This document shows positions 13,968 through 24,619 of a stretch of DNA of 64,000 nucleotides, one piece after another; positions within the stretch are counted from its first letter, which is position 1; the number at the start of each line of letters is the position of its first letter. Both the position numbers and the translations under genes were made by a program. Below the pieces are notes generated by a model. That model saw only the letters and a list, made by a program, of their open reading frames with translations. It was not told where the DNA came from and searched no databases. Source of the stretch: Camelus ferus (taxonomy: Eukaryota); contig NC_045696.1 in assembly GCF_009834535.1 (NCBI RefSeq), positions 121,894,001 through 121,958,000 on the forward strand, given 5' to 3'.

Positions 13968-14946
13968 CAGAGCTGAATTCGTTCTGCGGCGGGCACTGTC
14001 AGATCTGGGGTTTTGTATTTAGCTCACATTGTAGATGACTGATTTTGAGGGTCACAGAAAGTTCCAATCATGCAGACTTGTGGTCAGGCAGATGTGAATG
14101 TAAGATTGCAAAGGCGAGAGGGGAAAAGCTCGTGTACAAGAGAAGACCCAGAACAGGGGGCGCTGCTCTAAGGGATAAGAGTTGGTACGGAACTTGAATA
14201 AGACAAGGTTGCAGCTTAGATGTTAGTCATTTATCCAACTTTAACTAGTCAGAACATGGGACATGGGGGAAAACAGAGGAGTGAGCATCCGGGCACTGGG
14301 GCCTGAGGCGGGTGCTTCCTGGAGGTCCTGCAGGGGATTGAGGGGGACAGACGGCAGAGCCCCACCTTCAGCCACACAGACGAGGGGCAGAGAGACCACC
14401 TGCCTAACAAAAGCCAGGACTGAGAGCTGAATCCATGGAACCATAACTCTAGTTCTGTGTTGGGCAAAATTTACCAAGGCTGTGTGTCCCATCACATAAA
14501 AAGCCACTTTTGTGCAGCTGCGAATTGACACAGATACTCAGTTAAGAAATGCTGAGTCTCTGGGAGCTCTCTGGTGAGCTGGGACTTAGCGGCCAGGCAG
14601 GAGATGACCCTGGCTGTGCAGGGTTCTGGGCGCCCCGCCAGAGGCAGGGCGCAGCCAGGGCACGGCTCCCACAGAGCTCAGCTCCCAGTCTCCAGTAAAC
14701 AAGTAAAGAAACCAGATCTTCCCAGGTAGCAATATGTGCTTTAAAAAAATAAAGCAAATTCAGCAAGGTAGTAGAGGCTGCCTGGGGTGGAGGGTGCTCC
14801 CTTGGTGACCCTTCTGCCTTAGATGATCAGGGAAGAGACTCAGGAAGAATTTCTGGGTTCAGAGGAGACCTCCAGGAATAATTCTACATTCAGGGAAAAC
14901 TACTCAGAGCTAAGCACCTCCTCCCCCACATCAGCCACTGAACTGG

Positions 14947-15345
14947 GCTGCAGTGTCCCCCCCAAATTTTCATGTCTCTCCAGAACCCCAGAATGTGACC
15001 TCATTCAGACATAGGGTTTAGACCTACTTAGTTAAAGATCTCGAGACGAAATCCTCCTCGATGTAGGGGTGACTCATGTCTTTGAAGAAGGTAATGTGGA
15101 GTCAGGCATGGGGAAGGAGGCCATGTGAGGATGGAGGTGGAGATGGGAGGGATGCGGCCGCAGGCCTGGGAGTGCCCGGACCACCGGAACTGGGGGGGGG
15201 AAGGAGTCTCCCCTAGAGCCTTCGCAGGGCGATGGCCCTTCTGACACCTTGACTTCAGACTTCCGACCTCCAGACTAACTCCTGTTGTGGGAACCAGCAG
15301 ACTTGTGGCTATTTTTGGTGTAGCACCAGGAAACTAATAAGACAG
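14947..15345 (+). mobile_element. MaLR LTR (MLT1-like)
   Basis: tgtcccccccaaattttcatgt, cagaatgtgacctcatt, ctccccta-gagccttc, gacaccttgacttcagacttc, caggaaactaat. Confidence 0.8.
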
Positions 15346-15645
15346 TCGCACAGAGAAATACCAGCATCTTCAGGACACCACAGAGTCTGGGGCACACGGG
15401 CCCCACCAGGACCAGCATGTAGCAATGGCGTGTAACTGCTCAGTTCTGTGACCAGGCATATGGCATGAGAGTGACAAGAACCAAGTGATGGGTGGGGGTC
15501 CCCACGTCCTCACACTAAGGCAACCCAACAAAGAGACAATTGTGTGAAGGTAGCTAAACAACTAGATTTTCAGTGTTCAGTAGGACAGGCACTGATCTAA
15601 TGTGAAAGACAATCAATTCAATTGATCCCAAATAAAAGTGTACAC

Positions 15646-15688
15646 TGTGTACACACGTGTCCGTGCGCGCGCGCACACACACACACAC
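15646..15688. repeat. Alternating purine-pyrimidine tract (CG)n(CA)n
   Basis: gtgcgcgcgcgcacacacacacacac. Confidence 0.85.
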
Positions 15689-15913
15689 TTGGCAAACTCC
15701 CGGTTATCCCAGGATGGAGAATGTAACTGTTGATTTTCCAGTTGTCTTGATTGCCCCCTTGCAGCTTTTCTCTGGGTCTCTCACTAATGATCGCGTCGCC
15801 CCAGGAGATGAGGGCGGGAGCCGCAAGCTGAGGCAGCTGCTAGTCCTGCTCTGAGGTACTATCTGCCCTGCTCCCAGAGTGGGCCGCCTGCTCCATGTGC
15901 TCCTCCGACTCAC

Positions 15914-16099
15914 CTTTGCGATCTGCACGCACCAGGTGAGCAGGCGCTGGGGGCCGATGCCATCCTTGTGCTCACGGACGTGGTCCAGGAGGCAGCCGAA
16001 GGGTATGAGCTGCGTGATGAGCTGCACCGGGGAGGCCAGGCGGATGCCCAGCAGGCGGCACACGTGAGGACTGCCCACACTGGCCATCACGTAGGCTTC
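15914..16099 (-). pseudogene. EGFR: EGFR exon 20 paralogous copy (186 nt, open frame, diverged)
   Basis: acgcag|[62 protein letters not shown]|gtgagt; 51/62 identical to human EGFR exon 20 peptide as recalled; exact exon length. Confidence 0.95.
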
Positions 16100-17879
16100 C
16101 TGCGTGAGGAGGAGACGGCGCATCAGAGAGGCTCCCCGGGGTGGCCGAAGGGATGGCAGACAGAGCCTTTACAGGTATGAAAGACAAATGTGATTTAGAC
16201 TTTGGAAGATGTGCTTGTGGAGGACAAGGTAGCCCTTGAGACGCCTGGTGCAGGGGACAGGCATACCAGGGCTCCCAAGCGCTCTGTGGGTGACACTCTC
16301 CGCGTGCGCGTCCGGCCGCTTCACAGAGGGACCCAGGCAGCCCGGCCACCGGCAGAGCGTGGGCTGAAGACCAGGCCTGACGTCCGCACATCCAGGCGCT
16401 GCAGAGCCCTTAGGATGGCGCCTCAAGGCCAAAGAGGCTGGAGCTGAAGAAGCTGGCGGGGCCTGCGGGGATCCGCACTTGGCCCCGCACCCTGACGACG
16501 TGCCCACCGGCTCTGGAACCCTCTCCGTGGGCACCACGGAGGGCAGCAGTGACAGCTCCCAGAGGGACCGTGGGGGCCTCTGCCACGCACACTGGAGAAG
16601 CCATTTGGGTGACCCGGGCTCCAGCTCTGTAACGGGCAGGACACTAAACCTACAGAGATGACAGACTCCACGGGCTGCCAGCACCCATCTGCAGGGCTGG
16701 CCTGTGGGGCCCTGCCTCAGCCTTGGGATGGGAGCCCCGTGCAGCCCTACAAGTCTGGGCACTGTCATGGCAGGAGCCTTTGTTCAACCCGGGCCCACGA
16801 CTGCAGACTGCATTCCAACCTGCTAGTCTCGGGTGGAGGACGCTGGTTTCATTTACAGCCATGCACACAACCAGGTCTCTCTTTTGTCTGACTAGGAATT
16901 AGGGAGTCCTCTATTTCAACCCATAAATTCCATTTCTTTCCCCTTAGAACTCAAAAGGTAGTGACCTTTCATCCAGATGCCAAAGGGACCACTGTGTCTC
17001 CAAGAGAAAGTTCGGAGGCGCCTTGGCACATGTCACCGCTGCTGTGGCCAGGGTGTGGGCTCTCCGTGCAGAAGCAGGTGCAGCCTGGGCCAGGGAAAGG
17101 CACCACAGGGCCCGGAGGTGACAGTGAGACAGACAGGTGGGGGGCCAGGGGCAAGGGACGCATGGACATACCTCTAAATACAAATGTGATGACACCATTT
17201 CTGGCCTTAACACTTCCCCTGGCCTGGCTATTCCTGAGGGGCCCCCCAGGCCATGCAACGCCTCTCCTCCCGCAGGCCCCTCTGGTCCTCCTGTTCTCTG
17301 CACCCCCATCCCTTGCTCAGGCCCTCGCCTGCACACTAGAGGGCCTTTGTCTGGGACGGCCTTCCACCTCCTCTTTCCTTGACTGACTCCTCCTCAGAGG
17401 GCCCTCCCTGACCCAAAGTCTGGCATCTTGCAGTTCCTCGGGGGAGCAGGCTCAGCACTGCCTGTGAACTTGTCAGCTGACTTCCTGGGCCCCTCCGGGC
17501 ATGCTCTGTGAGACGCAGGGAGGTAGGGCCTACTTACTGCCTCAACTTCCCCACACCCGCTCCCGCTGCTTCAGCCAGTGCGGTGAGCACTCTGGTCGAA
17601 GGGCCTGGACCTTACCCTCTTTAGTCATTCCAGGGGTGCGTAACACATCTTTCGACACATAAATGCCTCAGAAATGTCACAGTTGAAATACACCGAAATC
17701 ACACAAAGGCAGCAATTCAAAGCAGTTGGAGACCATGCCTTATCCTCTAACAGAAGAAACCCCACAGCTTTGATGTCTGTCATCTGTTTGGATGCTTCCC
17801 TGAGCGCGGGCGGGTGGTCGGCCTTTCTCCTCCTCTGCGTTGTAAATGCAGTCCCACAACGTTGAAGAGCGGGGTAGGT

Positions 17880-18000
17880 ATTTAACAGCTCTCAGTCTTC
17901 TAGAAGGGCTGTTTATAAAAAGTTAGGACTGGAGAAGGCTTGCAGGTGATTTCCTCTGAAGCCATTATTCGTCTGAAGAGGAAACTGAGGCCCAGTGAGC
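17880..18000. mobile_element. MIR SINE fragment
   Basis: gaagaggaaactgaggcccagtgag core. Confidence 0.55.
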
Positions 18001-19485
18001 ACCGACTGGATGGAGACCCAACTTCTTACATCAGGCGGGGCCCACCCCGGGGCCGCCTGCCCTCTGCACCATCACCCTCCCGGCCCCCCTGCTCACCCCA
18101 CTCGCCCGTGAGGCCTTGCTGAGTGCTCTGCTTGATGGGCCGCCAGGAAGCTCCAGACCTAACGACACATGCAGAGAACATGTGTCACCTGTTCTGCACT
18201 GTCTTTCTCTTGTCTACCCTAAATTTAAACTGGAAAGTCTATGGGAAAAGAAACAGGCCGTGTGATTGCCAGAAAAGCACAGATCACATCTCTGCCTGGA
18301 GTCCGGGAAACTGTACAACCGCAACACCGGAGACATCCTCTGGCTTTTCCTGTTTTCTCAAGATCTGGTTGAGATTTGGGAACACCTTGTACTCATTTTA
18401 GAGGGGAGAAAGGTCTGCAGAGCAGAGCAGTCTGACCCGCCCATCTGTGGGGCCATGAGGGGCTGCCCTGGACCTGGGAATCAGGGAGCAGCACTCAGGG
18501 CGTGGCCACACAGGGCCCGCCGGAGCCCTGCCAGGTCCCCGATCCTATTAAAATCTCGTGGAGCAACAGAACTAGGTCATCTCCTCTGCACCCCCAAACC
18601 CAGGCACAGCGGGTGCTGTTCAGATGCAGTTGGCACAACTTTCAGAAGAACTTATTCTCCTGTGGCTGAACGCTCTTCCGCTGGTGCCACCCCACCTTAG
18701 GCCTACGCCTTCAGGTAAACATCATTTTCTCCTTTTGAAATAATAACACGACGGCCTATGTGATTAGATGAGAGAATATGTCAACCCACCTTACTCCAAG
18801 GAAGTGTATTACCTTATTGTCAGGAACTTAAGGCACTTAAGGGAAAAAACAAGACTTTTTCTTCTAAACTCAGGAATAAGACAGTGATGCCCACTCTCGC
18901 TACACATCAACCTGCGGGACTCTGGGCACGATCACACCTGGGCCGAGAGGTGTGACCCACAGTGGCCATTTAGGTGCTGGGAGGGACGAGGCCAGTGACA
19001 CAGGCCCAGCGGGCCAGTATTGGATGTCCAAGGGTCTCCGAGCCACTGCACGGGAAACAGCTGCCACCACGATCAAAGCCTGGAGCCCTTGCTGGCCCCG
19101 ACAGCGCTGTCTACCAAGAGCACCAACTTCCCCGAAAAGTCGCCGAAGTTTGGTCAGGACACAAGGTACTCTGGACACGGACGCCTCGCACTATCTCCAG
19201 CCGGCCCGGAGGCGCGCCCAGATGGCGCGAATCGCCAAAGCCCAGGAATGAATGGCTGGCGCGGGACAGTCGGGACGCATGGCCCCAGCCCGACCCCGTC
19301 GCCCTTCCGACCGACCCGGAGGGCCACCCGCGCGCGTGGGTGGAGCCGGGGCCACCTCCTGGGGGCGAAGCCGAGACAGGCTGGGCTAAGGCTGCGGCCG
19401 CCCGGGACTGGCCGGAGACCAGCACCAAGTGCGGCGGGAGGCGGGCGGGCCCGGGGCAAGCACTCTCGGGCCCCGTCGGCCTTAC

Positions 19486-19552
19486 CTGGCTCCGCGGACG
19501 CTGCGTTGACTCCGAGAAGCAGGACCAGGGTGGCGAGCAAGTCCACGAGGCG
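19486..19552 (-). pseudogene. COL18A1: COL18A1 short-isoform exon 2 copy (signal-peptide exon, 67 nt, 5'-shortened)
   Basis: ctaacctgtggcttgtgccacag|RLVDLLATLVLLLGVNAASAEP(G)|gtaagg versus human COL18A1 [22 protein letters not shown](E) as recalled; branch-point-like CTAAC, AG and GTAAG present. Confidence 0.88.
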
Positions 19553-19627
19553 CTGTGGCACAAGCCACAGGTTAGGGCGCCGCTCGCGCCCCCGTCCCCG
19601 CCCGCCTGCAGCCCGCACGGCCCGCAC

Positions 19628-19720
19628 CTCGGCGCTGCGCTCGGCGGGCCGGGGCTGCGGGGCTCTGCGCCCTCGGCCGCGGGGCGCCCGCTCAGCCAGT
19701 TGCACTCTGGCTGCCGCGGG
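19628..19720 (-). pseudogene. COL18A1: COL18A1 short-isoform exon 1 copy with start codon lost (5' boundary approximate)
   Basis: ...gccgagcgcAGCGCCGAG|gtgcgg matches the expected ATG GCG CCG AG|gt (M-A-P-R) minus TG; 75-nt intron to exon 2. Confidence 0.72.
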
Positions 19721-22700
19721 GACCGGGCTGCGGGCGGGGCTGGTCAGGGGGCGCGGCGGTGGGCCGAGGGCGAGAGGACTGCCCAGGGCGCGCGGGGAGC
19801 GGGGACCGGCCAGGGCAGTGGGCGGGAAGGGGGCGGGTCAGAGGGCAGGGTGGGACTCGAGACCTGCGGCCGGGGTTGAGCAGGGCGCTCGGTGCAGCTG
19901 CTTGTGGCGCCGAGGAAACGCCGAGCAGAGCGGGGTGCGAACCAGGTCCTAGCACCCCTGTGCTGCAGCTAGTGTTTCTCCCCCCACCCCCAGTCCCCAG
20001 GCAGCATGAGCTGCCCCTACCCCGGGAGGAGCTGCCCCCTGCCCCTGCAAGTGCTGTTCAGGGCTGCAAACCCCGGGCAAGGTCTGGGAATACGCAGTGT
20101 GTCCAGCTCGCCCTTTATTCAGGAAGGTGACTCCTACGAGGAGATTCGTCCTCAGGTCCTGAGTTCCGTGGGATCAGTGGGAAGGTGGGCAATTTGAACA
20201 AAGACGTTGCTTAACAGAGGACAGCGGATCAAGGAGGAGAAGGAAGCTGGGCTCCTCCTGCCCAGCCTCGTGGGCGCTGCGGTGGCGTCGTGGCAGCTCA
20301 TCCGGCCTCGCTGCCTCCACGGGCTGGGGCTCCATGCCCCACTCCCCACGGAGCATCCTTGCCTGAAACGCTCCTGGCAGATGGGCCTGAACCCCACGAA
20401 GGTTCTGGTGGCGTTCTCCTGCCCCCAAAACCAGGCCCAGGAGGCCGCTCTCCCTGCTGGAGGCCCAGCTGCCCTCCCCAGGACTTTCCAGGCCCCCTGA
20501 GCTCCAAGCTGTGTCTGGCCTTTTCCATTTCCTCAGGCCAGTGCTCCACGACCCCTGCCTGACCAAAGGCCTCCAGCTCCTTCCTCCAGGCAGCTGCCCA
20601 ATGGGTCCTGTGCTCAGACCACCCAGCAGGCCTCTGCAGGCCGGCAGAGCCCCTCACATCCAACCTCTCAAAAGAAACTCACATTTCCCTGGACCTGGTG
20701 CCCTAGAGCTGACAGAAAATGAGCCTGGGTGCCATGGCCCGTGGCTAGGAACTCTGCTAAACCCTCTGGATTCACTCTTCTCCTTCCCCATTGCCTCTTC
20801 CTAATCCGGGTCCATCTCCTGCCTGGACCCCCTGCCAAGCAGCATCTGCAGTGTAGACTCCTGCCTACCCAGACTCTAGGCCTCTCCACACCTCCCTCCT
20901 GCCCACCCCGAAGGCATCCTGCTGGGTCCTCCCTGCAGCTTCCCTGACTTCACGCCCAAGCCCTCCTCGCACACTGCATACCCACCTATTCTCTACCACT
21001 GCCTCCCTGGGCCTCGGCATGTCCTGGGTTCTGATGGTGTCCCTTCCTGTGGCTCACGGCCCGTCTATCCATCTGTCCATCTCTCCAGGGGCTGCAGCCC
21101 TGCTCCAGGGGAGGAAGGTGAAGGGCAAGGTCTCTGACCTCTTCTATGTCACCTGCCCTCCAGGCCCATCCGACTGCAGGTCCGGGAAGGAGAGGCTGGA
21201 GCAGGGCAGGCAGTGCTGGGTCCCTGCCCACCGTGGGATCGGGGTTTACCACCTCTCCTCCCTCTCAGGTTGGAAGCTCCCCAAGCAGGGGTGAACCCAC
21301 CTTTGTGGGCTTTGTGGGGAGGCCCAGCTTCAAGGGGCAACCTGTGTAATGAAAACTGCTACACCACCACCAAATACAAAAATAAGACTTTTTACTGTGA
21401 AACACTTGTGATGGCTGAACTAGTAGCTGTGAAAATATATATTTTGTGTTCATTTTTTTCCACCGATCTCTGTGTCTCCGCAGTTCCTGTGGCTTTCACA
21501 TCTTTTTCTTTAATAAGATTTTTATTTATTCCTTTATATACACAAGTAATATGCGATCACGCTAGAAAAATACAAACTGTAGACATGCACAAAGGAAAAT
21601 AAGACCCCAGACATCACCAAGCAACACTGGGCAGTGTGTCTTCCTGCCCTGCCCTCCTCCACAGAGACCCCAGGTTGGGGAGGACTGTGCGGGGTTGGGG
21701 GTGCTGAGGCCCTTACAGGCTCCTCAGAGGGGGTGGAAGGGGGACAATGTGGGGGCGCCCAGGAGTAAAGAGCCTGGTGGGGGGGCTGGAGTTGGGAAGC
21801 AGGCCTGGGGAGAGGGCCCACCTGAGCTCGAGGTGGTCTGGGACACTTGGTGCGTTTGTGGGGTGAGCGGAGCTTAGAGGGACGGTGTGGAGCCAGCCTG
21901 AGCTCCATCTGGCCTCTTTCTCCTCTGTTCCTTGTGCTCCTTGTCATCTCTCTCCACTGCTGAGGGTCTCACAGCTCCTTCCACAGGGAGAAATGACAAA
22001 TGACAGAGAAGTGCTGTGCTCATCCCAGCTTGTCCTGGTGATACGCAGGGCTGGGGTCTCCTGGACACCCATCCAGCAGGGACCCGTGAGCCCAGGTTGC
22101 TTGACAGACATCCACCCACAGCAGGAAACAGGCTCCGCCCACACTGCATTTTATTTTGTTTTGTTTTGTTTTAAATGAACACAAAGTTTTCCAAAACTAC
22201 AGTGGATCTGCTGAAGCCTGGGGCCTGCCTGCTCCGTGGGTGTGTCCTGGGGAGGGGGTGGTCTGTGGGTTTGTGCAGGGAGTGGAGTGAGTGCACAAGG
22301 GGCCAGACACACAGGGCAAGGCCAGGGGTGAGGAAAGGGCAGGGCGTCTGACCTCTGTCCAGGCTGTCACTTCTCCCTGTGTCCAAAGAAACACCACCCA
22401 GCTCGCTGTGCTACAAAAGGGACTTTTCATCCGGGAAGGAGGAAGAGTTATGTGGTAGGCAGAGCAGGCTGTGAAAAGCCCAAAGTGTGTCCCAAAAGCA
22501 TATCTAGTTCCACACCAGGTCCCCAATTCAGTCCCCAGGCCCTAATTACAGGGCCCGCTGTGTCTGAGACACAGTTGAGTGACCACCAAGGGATGGGCAC
22601 ATCCCTGGCCCCACGCGCTGGCCTCTGGTGGCCTCTGCCCCCGCCCACTTCCTCCATCACCCCAGTTTATTCTCTCTGCACACTTGTCACAACACGAATG

Positions 22701-23819
22701 ACAGGTCTTCATGATCACTGCCCTCACAGCCACCCTCACCTGGTGCTCAGGTGGGACACTGGGGAGTGTTTTATCTTTTTTGTGTTTGCGGCTGCAGCTT
22801 GGGGGTGATTCCTGCCTCTGATAGATGATCAGGGATTACCTGCCAGATGAAAGGCGAGAATTGCCACTGCCTTTTGCAGCCGGTGGAGCTCAGCCCTTCC
22901 CACCAGCCTCACCTGGACCTCGGCCTCTGACCAGCCGGGCACTGGGCACGGGGGCAGGGCCGCTGACGAAGCCAGGTGTCGTTAGGAGGGGATCTGTCTG
23001 TCAGCAGAACTGGGGAACAGCAAGTGAATCAGACCTACATGCAATGATCTTATGTCCCTGTGAAAAATCAACTCAGATGAAGAAACGTTTGTGTGGAAAA
23101 GACATGCCCCATGCCACTCGGGCCATGTAGCGTGTGATAGGAAACTCAAACGCAAGGAGGTGACAAGCCCGCTGTTAGCGGTGATTGTCTAAGGGTCACA
23201 AGTGGTGTTTATATTGGTCTGGGGGATGCCATTTCCTCATCTCACTGCTGCACAGAAGTGCCTCCACTCATGCTGAGTCGCGGGGTGGAGGGGGCCCTGA
23301 ATGCTCAGATACATCATCTAATGACTTGGACCTTTCTGTTTCTTGAGGACTGCCCTGTCCCCATGAAGGCTCACTGATAAAGGAAACGCATGTTGCCAAC
23401 ACACATGGATGAGAGGAAGGGGTCCAGGCGATTCTCCTAAGCCCAATTCCTGCCTGCCTGACAAACTTCCAGCACCAACAGCACACCCTCAGCCCCTTCC
23501 CTTCGGTGTGGCCATGGTGAAGCTGCCTTGTGTCACCCCAACTCCACTCCTGCGTGTCCCCTACCCCCCAGGTGAACTGGGGCAATGGCTCCATGCAAAC
23601 CAGCCCCCAACTGTGTATACACCACCAACGCCACACAGGCACACACACAGCCTGGGTCTGTCCACATTCAGGATCGGCACTAGAACATTTCCAGCCTGAG
23701 TCAGGTCCTGACCCCACTCAGCAAGGAGTGTGGCCCTTGTCCCCCACTCCCCGCCCCACCTGTCAGGGTCTGCAGACCTCAGCGTGACTGCCAGGTCCTC
23801 AGAGCCAGCCCCACTGCCC

Positions 23820-24005
23820 ACCAGCACTCGGTCCCACCTCAGGCTCCTTTACTTTTCTGCAGAGCACTTATCACTAAGATTCTTTTTCCTTTCTTTGCTC
23901 ACTTGTTCATTATTTGCCTGTGGCCTTCCCACTTCCCTCCAGTAGAATTCAGTTCCCCGAGGGATAGCGTCTTTGCTTTGTGCATCACTGGACAGAATGA
24001 AGGAA
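23820..24005 (+). mobile_element. L2 LINE 3' end fragment
   Basis: cagagcacttatcact...agtagaattcagttccccgagggatag...gaatgaagg. Confidence 0.55.
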
Positions 24006-24619
24006 GGAAGGAAAGAAGGAGGAAAGGCGGGTATATTTCAGCTGAGGCAGGCATTTCAAAGTGCTCCTTCTCACCAGTGACACCAAGGCCCCAGGATGGA
24101 AGCTGCAGGGTGGGACCAGCTTGTACTGGACACAACTTTCAACCTCCTTCCTGGCCACCTCTTGTCTGAGCATTCTTCCTCCTCCCACCATCACCCCCAA
24201 TCAGAGCCACAGCGGGCTAAAGACATACACCTAACGTGATTACAGCTCATTGTAAAAAAACCAAATGTTACTAATAAAGCTAACATCCCCCAACCTGCCT
24301 CTGAATCTCCATCTCCTGCCAAGTTATTCCCTATTGCTATCCTTCCACTGTTATAAAAATGCATTTTATAGATATCTGTTACCCTAGCAATGTAGAAAGT
24401 TGTTTTGCAAAATTTCAAAACATACACGAGACAATGCTCGTGGTTCTAAAACTTGCTTTATTAATACAGTATGTGTTGCAGCTCCTTCCATGTCACGGAA
24501 TGTGTGCCTTTATGTAAATGATTACACACATTCCATGAAAATAGCATCCTTAGTGATCCCACCATTAATGAGATTTAGGTTGTTTTTAATTGTTTGCTTA
24601 AAGTAATGTACTGTCTTGA

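Larger units (their letters stand above)
19100..19950. promoter_or_regulatory. CpG island / GC-box promoter (COL18A1 promoter-1-like, minus-strand oriented)
   Basis: Very high GC and CpG density against CpG-poor flanks; GC boxes gggcggggc (~19732) and ggggcggg (~19830); contains the COL18A1-like exons 1-2. Confidence 0.85.

Noticed and set aside
15046..15070. gaaatcctcctcgatgtag resembling the end of EGFR exon 19
   Set aside because: Wrong strand and position, and it lies inside an MLT1 LTR.
18974..19952. Long plus-strand ORFs of 301 and 310 aa
   Set aside because: Low-complexity G/A/R/P translations expected from stop-poor CpG-island DNA; no recognisable domain.
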